From: Takakia lepidozioides
Lineage: Eukaryota > Plantae > Bryophyta
Length of the DNA: 64,000 bases
Direction of reading: 5' to 3'
Assembly (NCBI GenBank): GCA_030704615.1
Contig: CM060731.1
Location: 36,394,001 to 36,458,000, forward strand
Part shown: positions 1 through 11,913 of the stretch, in pieces
How the letters are laid out: every line of letters begins with the position of its first letter
How positions within the stretch are numbered: the stretch's first letter is position 1
The notes under the pieces: model-generated
Seen by the model: the letters and a program-made list of their open reading frames with translations, nothing else
The model's database searches: none
Told to the model about the DNA's origin: nothing
Translations under genes and position numbers: made by a program

Positions 1-692
1 TGGGGTGGGTTCCTCCCAGGAGAACAGTAATGCCAAGGGCAGATGTGCCCAACCCGGGGTCCGTGCATTTCTCCCTCAAGACTAGTAGGAGGAGGAAGTG
101 TGTTCAGTGCGGTATGCGTCAAAGGTATTTTTGTCACGCGTGTAGAGATGTCTATATGTGCCTTGGACGATGCTTTGTCAAGAGCCATAGCCTTCTCTGA
201 TTATAGATGCTTCTATGTTCAGTAATTGATATGGTTGATTTCTTACTGCAGAGACGTGAAGATCTTTGATGCCAAAGAGGGGGTATCCTCCTTACGGCAC
301 TTTTTCTATGTAGTGGTGTTCTGTCTTTTTCTAAACACAGTGGTGTGTTTGGGGGTTGGTTTGTTGTTGATAGCCATGAAACGTTTGTACTGAGGATCCA
401 GCCGTAGAGAGTCGCTTGACAGTCCAAGGAGAGGTATGATTTTGTGGTTGTGCAGTATTGGGGTTCACTGAGTCCTGATCTGAATGGTTTGTTTGCTACT
501 CCAGCTTTTTGCCTTAGTGTTCACGTAGCTCCGAGGTCTTTGCTGCAACAATTTTGTGTTTCAATTAGGACTGAGTCCATTTTCATTGTGTCTAGTATAA
601 TTATGTGGTAGTCCCCTAGTCAAGCGGGGGTGCGCACAAGGGTGGAGACTCCTTCCCTCCCTACTGGGGAGGAGTCTCCCCCCTTGTGTTCA

Positions 693-1203
693 TGTGTAAG
701 TTGCCAATTGGGGCAAGTTAGTGGGTTCAACTCCCACTCACACAATTCGGCGTGTAAAGGTGGGTTCATCTCTGGTTTTTCTGAGTTTGATTTGATGCTA
801 GTGCTGGCCACATGTTGGTCTTTCTTTGTGTGAGCTGCCAGTTGGGGCAGGCCACTGGGTTCAATTCCCACTCACACACTAGAATTATCTGTGTTCAGGT
901 TTGTATGTCGCCTCATTGTGTTGGAATTTTGCTGGCCTTCAAACTTGTGTAGCTGCCTCATTGTCTCTAAACTTTCGGAGTGTGCAGATTGTGTGGAACT
1001 TGGCCAAAAGCCTTCAGCATGGGCTGCCAGTTGGGGCAGCTCCATGGGTTCAAATCCCACCCATGCTTGGCCACTAAGGGTGGGAGATGAAGGTGAGGCT
1101 GTTTTGCATCTCTATATTTTGGGAGTTTGGGCTTGTGTGGAATTTGGCTTCAGCATGGGCTGCCAGCTGGGGCAGCTCTGTGGGTTCAAATCCCACCCAT
1201 GCT
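693..1203 (+). repeat. Array of four 52-nt tRNA-like elements (acceptor stem + D-like arm + T-arm, no anticodon arm) separated by 82-137 nt spacers
   Basis: Units at 693-744, 827-878, 1016-1067 and 1152-1203. Each has a terminal 7-8 bp stem (tgtgtgag/ctcacaca or agcatggg/cccatgct), a YTGCC-ARYTGG-GGCAR hairpin, and a TGGG-TTCAANT-CCCA T-arm containing the B-box-like GGTTCAANTCC. Confidence 0.85.
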
Positions 1204-1389
1204 CTCCCACTATGGATGGGAGATGAAGTAGTGGGCTGCTGTGCTTGATTCTGGCCTTTGTCTTCATGTTGCTAGACTCCATTTTGTGTGCCTTAGGCTT
1301 GTGTGGAACTTGGGCAAAAGAATGAGAGCAGGTGGAAGCTGATGTGCACATGCCAGCTGTCTTTGTGCTTCAGCAAAATTGCTGCTGCC

Positions 1390-1793
1390 TATGGCATTTT
1401 GACCCCCCTTACTTTGACCAGTTGTAAATCAGAAAATATGAATCCATTTTTTGCATTCTATGGCTCATCAGAATGCCAATGTGCTAGACAACACCTGTAA
1501 GCAGGATGAGGTCCTGCAGATTTCATCCCGTCATTGAAATTGCAAATTCCTCCAATTTCCCTTATTGTTTTGGGAGGGGCCCAAAAAATGGGCCCACACT
1601 CAACGGTGGCGTTTCTCGGATTTTCGCCTGATTGGCCTGGAAATTTACAGGTGTCTGGAAGGGGTAGGTATGAGCAGAATGTCCGGTCAATTTTCCCAAA
1701 AACGTTTTTTTCGCTGAGATATTCTCATTTTTCTGAGCTGGGGTCCACTTTTTTCAAAAAGTCAACATTGGGCACTGGGCGCTTAAGGGTTAA
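1390..1793. mobile_element. Probable right end of a TTAA-flanked (piggyBac-like) DNA transposon; left boundary not defined
   Basis: Ends ...GCGCTTAAGGG|TTAA (TTAA at 1790-1793) after a phased A/T-tract subterminal-like region. Its reverse complement resembles TTAACCCCTAAACTCTCGCGTGGCCC at 16502. No transposase seen. Confidence 0.35.
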
Positions 1794-1800
1794 GGGAGTA

Positions 1801-1890
1801 ATGTTGTTCCTTTCTTCCTTTCGTTCATTTTCGAAGTTACATGTGCATTCCGTGCTGCGGACGTTATGAAGTACCATTTCATTTCATTTC
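1801..1890 (+). mobile_element. Diverged 3' tail of the (CATTT)n LINE family
   Basis: GCGGACGTTATGAAGTACCATTTCATTTCATTTC matches the LINE 3' end GCGGACGTTATAAATCACCATTTCATTTC at 33128-33168. Confidence 0.6.
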
Positions 1891-4800
1891 TCCCTCGCTT
1901 TCGTGGGAGGCATCTGTAATTTTGGAAAAGAGAGTCGAAGATGGACGTGGCCCTTGCGCAAGGACGAGACAAATGGTTCAAGATTCCGTAAGTTTCAGTG
2001 CTCCTTTCTTTCTTTCTATCTCCCTTTACCCCTCTCTCCCACTTTGTTGAATTACAAGGACATCGATGCTCGTCAAGGAATCTCTTTCCCTCCCTTCCGT
2101 TGGAAATTCTGAGATAGAAAATGAAGCGGTGGTGCGATAAGCTACTTGCGCCTCATGTGGACGTCTTAAAGGTCCCTTCTTTCTTCCAATCTCTCACTGA
2201 AGTCTAGGCAGTCAATAGCCCATTCCAGTGCTCTGAGAAAATAAGAAACTGCTTCCGACAATGACTGCAGGCGCCGGTTCTGGGCCACTTGAACAACCAG
2301 AGTCAGCCAGCACAACTTGCGTCTCATGTCAAAGATTGGGAAACTGACGGCCCACCTCCGATCCAGTTTCACTCGAATTGGGGTGACAGCGAGACCTGTG
2401 TCTATGGAGGGCCATCGTCTTGCTTGCTACGCATGCAGCTCGCCATCTTTCTCTTCTGCATCTGCCCCTGCCTCCTCCCCACTCTTCCACATATCTGAGA
2501 ACTGTCGTCTTTCTCATTTGGTTCGTGCACGGGCTTTGCTGCTATGGCTGCCAAGTCAAGGCCCAGCGTACCCTCTGCGCTGTACAAGTGCTGGGTATGA
2601 TGGCGATGCCGGACGCAAACCTGCAAGGCTGGCACAGAAGCAGAAGACGCTTGAGGAGCTGGCTGAGTACGTCAATGTTGATGAACCTGTTCCCCAAGTC
2701 ACTTTAGGTGTGAGCTTACCACCACTTCTGGATATTGCAATTTTGTTTGAAGATGTTCAATTTACCTGGACCTTTGAAGCTGAAAATCTTGCAAAGTGGA
2801 ATCCAACATTGTAGTGGTACATTTGCACTTACTGTACGAGCAGTTTTACAAAAACTTGCTACAATGGGAGGGTGGGTGCAGAGCAAGTGAACGCGAGTTT
2901 CGCAAGGAGTGGGGGTCCCGGAGGTCAGAATGTTAATAAAGGTGATCTCTCTCACACTGTCACTCATGTGTCCCTTGAGCCCTTTGTTTCTTGAAATAGT
3001 TTCTTCTTATTTTACTTCAAAGGCTGCTACATTTCGCTGGAGGGGTTTTCCTATATGCCATAGTAGATGAGTGTTCTTTTGTTTATTTCCCAACATTGTG
3101 TAATTTTACTGCTACTCCTCCTTGGCCACCTTGTCATTTTATTGAGAGTCTTCTGTTGTCTTTTGGAAATCAGAGCATTGAATGTTTAATATTCAAAGGC
3201 TTTGATAGAGCCCATCCCTCAAAGGGTCCACAGACCCACAGGGGAAGAGGGTTAAACTCTCATTTACGCTGGCTTTGGTTGGCCTCATCTCTCTCTCTTC
3301 AAAGTCTCAATCTAGGGGGTGGGTTGGAGCAGTGAACACAAAGGTGGACATGCGTTTCAAAGTTATGGAGGCAAGCTGGCTGCCAGAGAGAATTAGGTTG
3401 AAGCTGCTGCAAACGGTCTGTGCGTGCCAGCTTGAAGCTGTCCAATGTGCGCCTTAGTCTTTCTGCAGTCACATCTAGCTGCAAGCATAATATCAGATTG
3501 CAAATCATACACTCGATAGTCTTAAGAGATCAGCAGATCTAAGAGGTTCAGCCTGCATTTGAAAAATTAAGTTCACACCTGTACCCATGATTACACGAGA
3601 CAGGTTATCGACAATGTAGAGTTTGCTTTGTAGGCATGGAGATGGGAGAGGATAAGATCTTAGTCTCTGCTTGTTGAGGGGTATCTTCCGTCCATATCTC
3701 TGCATGTGTTTTGTGCAGGAAAAGAACCGAATCAACAGTGAGGGAGAGCTAGTGGTATCATCAACCAGGACTAGGACCCAGAAGTATGTCATCTTTGCTC
3801 TTTTAGCTGGTGCAGTTGTGTCAACACTTGTAGCTGCAGAATATCACAGAACCTTCTGCAGACATGTTGTGAGTACATTCTGTCAAGCCAGCGTAGGCCA
3901 TCTCCAGAATAATCAATTCACCTCTATATCCTTCTAGCTAAGGGTTTACTTGTATAGCATACCACTTAAAGCCCCAAACTTTCCCACAGGTACTCCAAAG
4001 ATTCTCATGTCGCTTGCCTGGCAGAAGTGGATAGTGTTAGTTTGTGAAATACTGCACTTCACTTCCCTCTTTGCTTTCAAACCAGTAGTGAGATGGTGCT
4101 TATGAAATTGTTGTGCATTTCTGTGGAACAGGGGAAACATAGAAGATGCGTTGTGCAAAATACAAGTAAGCATGCAGCTCTCTGTGTTCCTCAAACCCTC
4201 CATTTGTCATGGCCATGTGTAAGTGCTAGGGGTCATGGTGTTTCCACCATGGTACATGGTGTATGTCAACAATTCTCCTGTTTGAATTGTAATCTGAAGC
4301 TCAATGCAGCGACCAATAAAATTTGACCCCTGTTTTGCTTTCTCTCAAAGGAAAGAGACAAAATAGAGATGATGCGCAATTATTTGGATACAGGAACTGA
4401 TCACAGCTGCAGCTTACATACCTCCCCCACCCTCAGACGAGAAAATCAAACGCATCAACAAACTGTGAGCTCCATCATTCCAACCTCTACCATCTCACAT
4501 TTGTTTCCAACATTCATAAGTTCAAGAAGGTTCTCCAGTTTTAACGAAGGATGCGATATAACTCAATATGCCATCACGTTCTTTAGTAACCTTATCAGTT
4601 TCTCAACACCAAACAATTGTGATAAAAGATAGCCTAGTAGACTCGTCTTCTGGTGTATGCTTAAGTCCTGTTGCAGATTGTGACCTGCTGGGACAAGACT
4701 TGTCTCCACATGTTCCATGGAAGTTCCCTTCTCTCCGGCATAATTTGACCAGATTAGATTGGTTATTTGGTGCAGTTAACTTCTACATTTTCCTGTTTTA

Positions 4801-5652
4801 CTGGCCATGAAGATACTGGACAAACAATCAATTTGTCTGTTAATCGGGCCAATGTACATGGTGTCGAGTGCCGACTTAGGGTGGTGTTGGGTGAGGCCAG
4901 GGCTAAGATTGAAAATGAGAGACGGTTGCAAGACAAGAAACGGGCGGGATCTAAGAAGTCCGAACGCCGTAACAAAGGCAGCTGGGATTGAGTCCCTCTG
5001 AGTTCTATTTGGTGCAGCAAACTAGCCCACTTCTGCTAGGAAGCTCAGTGCTTGTTCTGGGCAATGTCATGGAAATAGCCAAATAGTGGCAGGATCAATA
5101 TGTAACACATCAATCATTGCATTGTTGCTTTTCAAGTGTTGGAGCCCTGACTATGGATGTTGATAATAGAAATGGGTCACTCTTGGTGTGTTGAATAGAG
5201 GTGACCAGACCATGTTCATTTTTGTGTTTGTACTGCCTGCCTCTAGAGTAGACGCATTCAAAATATGTAATATATCTTTGCTCCCTGTCTGTCTGTCTGT
5301 CTTGGAGGGCACTATCAATTTTGGCTACTTACGACAGCACCGGTTTAGTTTTTGGTATGTGATCTGTTATGTTGGTCTTCCTTCTCTCCTGGGTTATGAT
5401 CTTCATTCTCTCCTGGGGTAAGTTGAGATAGGTCATTCAAGTGAAGGGTTGAGACTTTGTTGCTCTTCTCCTGTATGCCTTTCTAGCAGCTACAGCCTGC
5501 ATAATGGGCCCCTCCTCTTCCCCCTAGCTGGTGTGTCACCATAGAGTTCAATTAAACAGTACCACACAATTCCTGGATGGGCAAGATGGGAAACATGCAT
5601 CTTGAGGATTGTCATCCAACTCATTGTCATCCAGCATTTTGAGTTGAATGTT

Positions 5653-6059
5653 AGAGGTGTCAGAAAAAAACCAGGTCGCTGCCGCATTGAGGTTGGCAGC
5701 AGTGTGCACACCCTCGTGCTAGATGACAAATTGCATCCACAAATTGAGGAATTTCATGCTGAGCTGACAAGATTGTCTCAGTTGATGAAAGAGGCACTGT
5801 ACATTCCCTACCCAGGCTTCTTATTGTATGCTGTGGAGGAGGAGCAAAAGGAATTGTCAGTTTGCCACCACAGTGAGATGCTGGCCATTGCTTTTGGGCT
5901 GATTAGCACGGCCCCGTTATGAAGAACCTTCGGGTGTGTGGTGACTGCCACATGGCCACCAAGTTCATCTCAAAGATTGTTGGGCAAGCAATCATTGGAT
6001 GGGATGTAAAGCGTTTTCACCAATTTCAAGTTGGGGTTTGTTCTTGCGGGAAGTACTGG
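5653..6059 (+). pseudogene. Isolated E+/DYW deaminase domain fragment of a PLS-class PPR RNA-editing factor
   Basis: RGVRKKPGRCRIEV (PG box) ... [17 protein letters not shown], then a frameshift/deletion near 5915, then [22 protein letters not shown]...[16 protein letters not shown]. No upstream PPR array and no stop after the terminal W. Confidence 0.9.
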
Positions 6060-8084
6060 AGAAAGTGAGACTGGCTTTGCTTCATATCTCAAAACTATGC
6101 AGCTGCTTGGTTCATTCACCATTCCTGGGAATGTTACGGCCATGTCGAGTGCATTTCCTCTGAGGTATATCGACGTTCCCAAGAGTCGATTGTGGGTTCT
6201 ACCCACCAGGAGGTTGAAACTCGGTGCAAAGTTGAGGTATGCTTCTGCATAACCAATGGTTTCCAGGATTCACTGTTCATGTACAGGGTCGTCCAGATCA
6301 TTTAAGAAAACTAAATGTGGGTGGCAGTGCTGCAAGTTCACCTCACTAGAAGTAAAAAAAAGCTCAGCCTCTATGGAATCAAACTTATTGTTTCTAGTAT
6401 GTATACCAGCCAGTCAAACAATCATGAATATTGACCAAACCAAAATCATTGTAAGGGTGTTGCTACAATGAAGTGCTATGGCAGGTCCAAGCGAATGGAT
6501 GTACTCAAAATCCCACAATACGGGCAACATCCCTCTAATGGCCAGGCCTGTAGACCCCGAGCGTCTTGTTCATGTGAATCAATGCAAATTATCTGGCATT
6601 CCAATGTGAATGCCGAATTTGATACCAGGACAAGGCTGCTCAAAATAGCTTTTGTCGACCGACTCCTTCCTGAAGTTCCACAAAGCCCACCCAAAAATCC
6701 CATAGTGGATTTCCTCTGTGTCCTGTCCTACCTGTAATTTCCAAAGAAATTGTAAATAGCTGTTTGCCTGCAAGTTGCATATTGCGCTTGCCTCTGTGGA
6801 ACCAGGTAGCTAAACTGCGGCTATTCAAACCGTCAGTGAGTGGTAGCGTCACTGTCACCGATATATGGGCAAGTGTGCATTCATTTTTGGCCAAGGCATG
6901 GAGAATTGACAATAGGAGGGGTCGAGAAGCAATCTGAGACGGAACAGGTCTTTAAAGAACTGGTGCTGAACTTCAGAAATGACACTCCCATTGTGGAAGC
7001 TAAAAATTAGCACGACTTGGAAGTACCTTTAAGCTATGTGGAACGGTTGTACATTAAAACGTCTGCACTGTAAGGTCGTTCATATTACAGAAGCTCCATT
7101 ACTTTGTGCATAGATCAGTTTTGTAGTGTGATCAGAAGCCAAAGGCCTACAGCTTTTCTCACCCTTGATTTCAAAATCTACACCCCTGTGCCAATTTTCA
7201 TGCATAACTAGAAAAATGCTAAGATCTACACAACTTGACTGCCCCCTAAGTACATCCTTTACCTGAATTTTTTGGGGGGCAACAGGGACAGAGGCCCTGG
7301 AAATCCATAAAAAAAGGAGGGAAAACACAGGGCGTGTGCAGGATTTCTTAGATTTGCCACTCCTGTTGTTTTGGAAAACATTGTGTTTGTTGTCTAGAAA
7401 ACCAAATGGTCGACCAATATGAATGATGGGAAGGCTCAGCAGGAGAATATAAGAGAGATGACGTGAACGCTTCGAATCGACTGTAGATAACGTGTAGAGT
7501 GGCGACCTCGCAATGGCAGAAGTGATTGCATCACGCTTTCATGCTCACCTCATCACCTCGCTTCAGGCTGGTGAACGTTAGGCAACAAGTTAAGGGGCTT
7601 TGAAGAGCAAACAGGGGTAGGCGCATCAGATTCTTACAGCAAGTGCACAATGAATACGTGGGTAAAGTACTTGCCATCGAGTACCTAGATGGCGTTGCTG
7701 ATGAAAGAATATCTTGCGCTTTGCGAAAGCCCTCGAGTGTCAGCACATCTGCAAGAGCTGCAGGCAAGTGTGTGGCGAGGACAATGAGGTGGGCAGTAGA
7801 TAGCGTTCGAGTCCTCTTGCCATCCACAGAGCGAGCAACGCAGCACACTGACATGGGGAGGAAACAGAGAACCAAAGAGCGATAATAAGCTCAAAAGCTG
7901 CAGCCTTCTCACGTACTTATCAAGTCATTACACCTACCTGCTCTTGCTCTCCTTCAGTATTTCTAGGAAGCTATGCCCATTTCAATGGTCGTCGAGCAAG
8001 TACCCGCCACGAGTTCCCGTCGGAGGTCTTTGATTCACTGCCTCGGCACCAGATTTGGAAGTAGCGAGACAAATTGAGGCGGAA

Positions 8085-8276
8085 GAGAGTTGCACATGTT
8101 CTAGATCTCAAATGTCCTTCAGACGATTGGCCTGTCAATTGTCTGATTCTATGGACTCCTGCTGCAAGATTTCTAGGAGAGCGGACAATGGTGGTTCTTG
8201 TGACTCCACAACAATTATCAATGTCAACTTCGGAGAAATCTTGTGACTCGTGGCCATAAAAGCAGACAATTGAGCG
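8085..8276. repeat. Dispersed repeat homologous to 54549-54745 (possible shared exon on the minus strand)
   Basis: Shared blocks such as GCAAGATTTCT.GGAGAG, TTCTTGTGACTCCACAACAATT and CTTCGGAGAAATCTTG. Minus-strand peptides DFSEVDIDNCCGVTRTT / DFSEEADIENCCGVTRIT. Confidence 0.75.
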
Positions 8277-9871
8277 TCGGAGGAGGAGAAGAGGGAAGAT
8301 CAAGTGGAGCAGCTAGGACCAATGGAGTGACTGCTGGATCGAGGGTCGGGGAGCTGGGCCTGCAACAGTGAGTCATTTTGCACCTAAAAATATTGAGAAT
8401 GAAGCAGTGGCTTCTATCTAAATTGGCTGGACGACACTCGGAGGACAGAGTATTCTTACCTTTAGAACCCATGACGTGGCTCCGTGACTATGAGTTGGCT
8501 TCTCCTGGGGATTCCGCCATTAGGTTGACAGATGCGACAAAAGATCGGCCACCCAAACCAATAAGCCCGGTTCCTGCATTTGTAGACAATAAGATGCCTC
8601 CTCTGGAGAAGGACAGTTCGGATGACGGGATGCTACCTGTGAAACCTGAACCCACACCGTCCAACGGCTACCCTTTTGGGCCCACCCCATCCACCCTTTT
8701 GTGTCGCCCTAATAGGGTGTCATTTTCTTCTTATCTCATTCTCTGGGACGTCGAAAAGATAATAAATGCAGCCAATTTAGGTTAGTTGACTGTTACAACT
8801 ACAAAAATTCATGATTGAAAACTAATGAAGACAATTTGAATCAGTGACAAGCAAGAGCTGCGGGTGATGTGTTTCTGATTGCACTTCCAGTTGCAATATC
8901 ATGTATGTATTTCAAACAAGACTGTTATCAATGGGTGGCCACTTCCCATTGGAAAGTTGCCCTACAGAATGACCAGGTTTGTCAAGCAAAGGACTCGGCG
9001 CATAGAATCATCAAAGTCCATGACTGTTTCTCGCCCTTCAGGCTTCACATTATAACTTGTCACTTTGCTGTTCAGGTTTGTGTTCTCTGTCACATGAGCA
9101 ATCTGATTAATTGCTTGATACAGCCTGTGTCTACAATGAGGTGCCACAGCCAATAGCTGTCCAATGGTAATCTCGTTTGTTTGTTTGTTTTTTTTTTTTT
9201 TTTTTTTTAAAGCATTGAGATGTGCCAAACCGCATGCCCGGCGCAGGTGCTTGGTCCCGTTTGGAAAGGAGGGGTGCATCGCTTGGTCTGAGGATTTTGG
9301 GACCTGCGGTAAGGGAGATACTGAATTCCAAGTACTTTTGGTAGCTAGAAATTCACAAAAAATAGCAATAATGGCAAAGTGGGCATTCATGTGACATAGT
9401 AGGATTAGATATGGTATTGCATTTGGACTTAGATGACAGTGGACACTTGGGCCTCTACATGGGAGATGCACAGTGATAGCTCACACAAAAAGACAAAAAA
9501 CAGGCAAACACTTCAAACTCATGAGAACTAAGTTCATGACTAACTTGACAGCTTAGCATCCTCTGCTCAGACTCGCCCCACTTCTCTCTACAGGCATACT
9601 GACTCCTAATCTTCGTCACGGTGGCAGAGCGGTCATAGGGATACCTACCATATCAGAAACTGCAACAATTAGTTATATCTACACTACATTCCAAAGGAGA
9701 AACTGGAAGCTGGAACTTAGGTGCACATATAAACAACTCAAACCTACACTTGCAAATGGGCACCATAGAGGGCTCTCGTGTCAGAAATCTTTGCGTGCCC
9801 TCTAGGCTGCCTTCATGCTGATATCGAGCCAATGATGAGATATAGTGAAGACCTAAAACTCAATGACCAAC

Positions 9872-11913
9872 TCATTCTTTGGTGAGGATATTGTGTCCTT
9901 TAAATTCTCTGTAGATCTTGTATAACCACAAAATGACGCAGCCTCCAGCAATGGAGAAAATGCTCAATCCACCGGAAGACATGACATTGGAGGGCTTTAG
10001 CCCAATGAAGTGTCCCAACTGTGTCCAAAGGATGGCGACGATCACACCTAGACTACCTCCAACCGTGACTTGAGGAAGAGTGTGCTGCCCCTCTGATACT
10101 CTCAAACAAGTCTGGGCGCCAAACCACACAAACAACTAAGCTTTCCACTTGGAACCAACATAAAATCACTGAAACTAAATTTCAAGCCTCTACAACTTTG
10201 CTTCTCACCAAAACCCTTGCACTTCCAAGAATAGGGAATAGATCACTTACCAAGTATACCGCAAAAAGAACACTCAAAGTCATGATAGAAATGGTTCTGA
10301 CATTTAGGCTGTAAACTCCAAACCCTTGCAAAAAGAAAACATACAAGTTATTTTAAGGTTAATATCCGTAATATCTACCCTTTACAGCTGACATGCCAAA
10401 CTATCTCATTATGTGGAAACATCTTGGTATAACAAGGAAGATGTCACATGTAGGAGAAAGAAAGAAATGAACTTTATAACGTCCATGGGGAGCTGAGAGA
10501 GTGTATGGGAGAAAAGCAAAATAGTATACAAGAAAGAAAATGGGGCCCACAATGGGCAGCCTGAAAGCGTTCACGAGATTCTGAGATAGAGAGAATAGTA
10601 AGCTTCAGTCCCCCAAAAACTCAATAGCCTGGAGGGCAGCCTTTAGATTTCTTTCATAATACTTTATTTAATATTTTTACTTGCTTTACCAGATGGAAAG
10701 TTTACAATTCAATGTTCAAAGCAATCTGAAACAATAGCAGAAACAGAACACAAAGCTTGCCCTATGGCTCTAGTCCAGAGACCAACCTCCTAGTAATCCG
10801 TAGGTAGTGAAATAGAAAAGGGACTGTGCATGTGAAGACGGCATCCCCGCATCATCCAAATCCACCATAGCAGAAGTTGGTCGTGGCTGCTTGATCACGT
10901 CCTTGAGTAATTTGGACAACCAGTAGTTGAGCATAGATCCAACAATCCCCCATTTTCCCATGTTGTCCTTTGGTCTGAGAATAGTTATGGCCAACACAAA
11001 GAGAGCCATGATATTTACTGCCTGCATCCACCTTGCCCAATATCATTCATTGCTATTAGTGTGCTCCATTTGTGGGTTCATTGCTAATTCATGGCTAAGT
11101 TTGACATCAGACTAGCAAAATGATCTTTTCTCCAAGTTCTGCTTAAAAACCCACCCAATTGACACCATATGTGAAACACATGTGGTTGTGACAGCCAAAG
11201 ACACACAAGCCTTACCCAAAGTTTTCCAAAACTTTGAGGGAAATTTTCGCACCCCCCTACCCAAAGGCAGACTTCCAACTTCACTATATTGAAAATTGGC
11301 AATATGTTGGGAAATGGACTGACTCATCATTCTAAGTGAGCAATCAGGTTTGTGGGACTCAACAAATGTTACCAAACCTTTTTGTTTTGATGGCTTACTC
11401 ATCTATGAAAGCAGATAAAGACCATGGAAATACACCACATTTGACGCATACCCATGCATTGAGTGTCTCATTCAGCATTGTTATAGTGGAAGCATGTTGT
11501 TGCAGTCGAGCATCCTGCAGTCTGCCCTTAATTTCATGGGACCAATCTTGTGTTGCCTTCTCCAGTTTGGATGACATCATAAGCTCCTCTTGGGCACATG
11601 AATGACTGGATTGTGTCTGAGGGCATCCACAGACGTTGTTATTGCGGCTGTGATTGAGACTTGCATTGTCTGTGATAGGCAGGGATAAAGATCTTCGCGC
11701 TTGGTGGGATAAAACCAACATTGGAAAATCGGTCTCAAAAATCTTTGAGCTTTTTGACTGCCGGATTGGGAGTGGCACAATTGGTACTTTGAATCCAATA
11801 ATGGTTTTGGGAAGAGTATATTGAGGTATGGAAAACTGGACTATAGGGCTGAAGAGGTAAGCATATTTGGGTAAACCGAAACTTCCACAAGCTTTCTCCA
11901 TGAGAGGCTGCAT
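9872..11913 (-). CDS. LPPE: Lipid phosphate phosphatase epsilon-like (PAP2 superfamily), probably plastid-targeted; 4 coding exons
   Basis: Exons 11913-11452, 11021-10787, 10324-10251 and 10111-9872 have GT-AG junctions that keep the frame. PAP2 motifs KDVIKQPRP, GMPSSHAQS and LRVSEGQHTLPQV. Ser-rich N-terminal extension. The start codon is uncertain: a possible upstream exon ends at ~12897 with a GTAAGC donor. Confidence 0.88.

Noticed and set aside
693-1203. CRISPR array or genuine tRNA genes
   Set aside because: The context is eukaryotic, there are no cas genes, and the spacers are long, unequal and partly homologous. The units lack an anticodon arm so cannot be decoding tRNAs. Kept instead as tRNA-like elements.
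3365-3457. F-box-like motif (WLPERIRLKLLQ..C)
   Set aside because: Too short, interrupted by a stop, and with no recognisable downstream domain.
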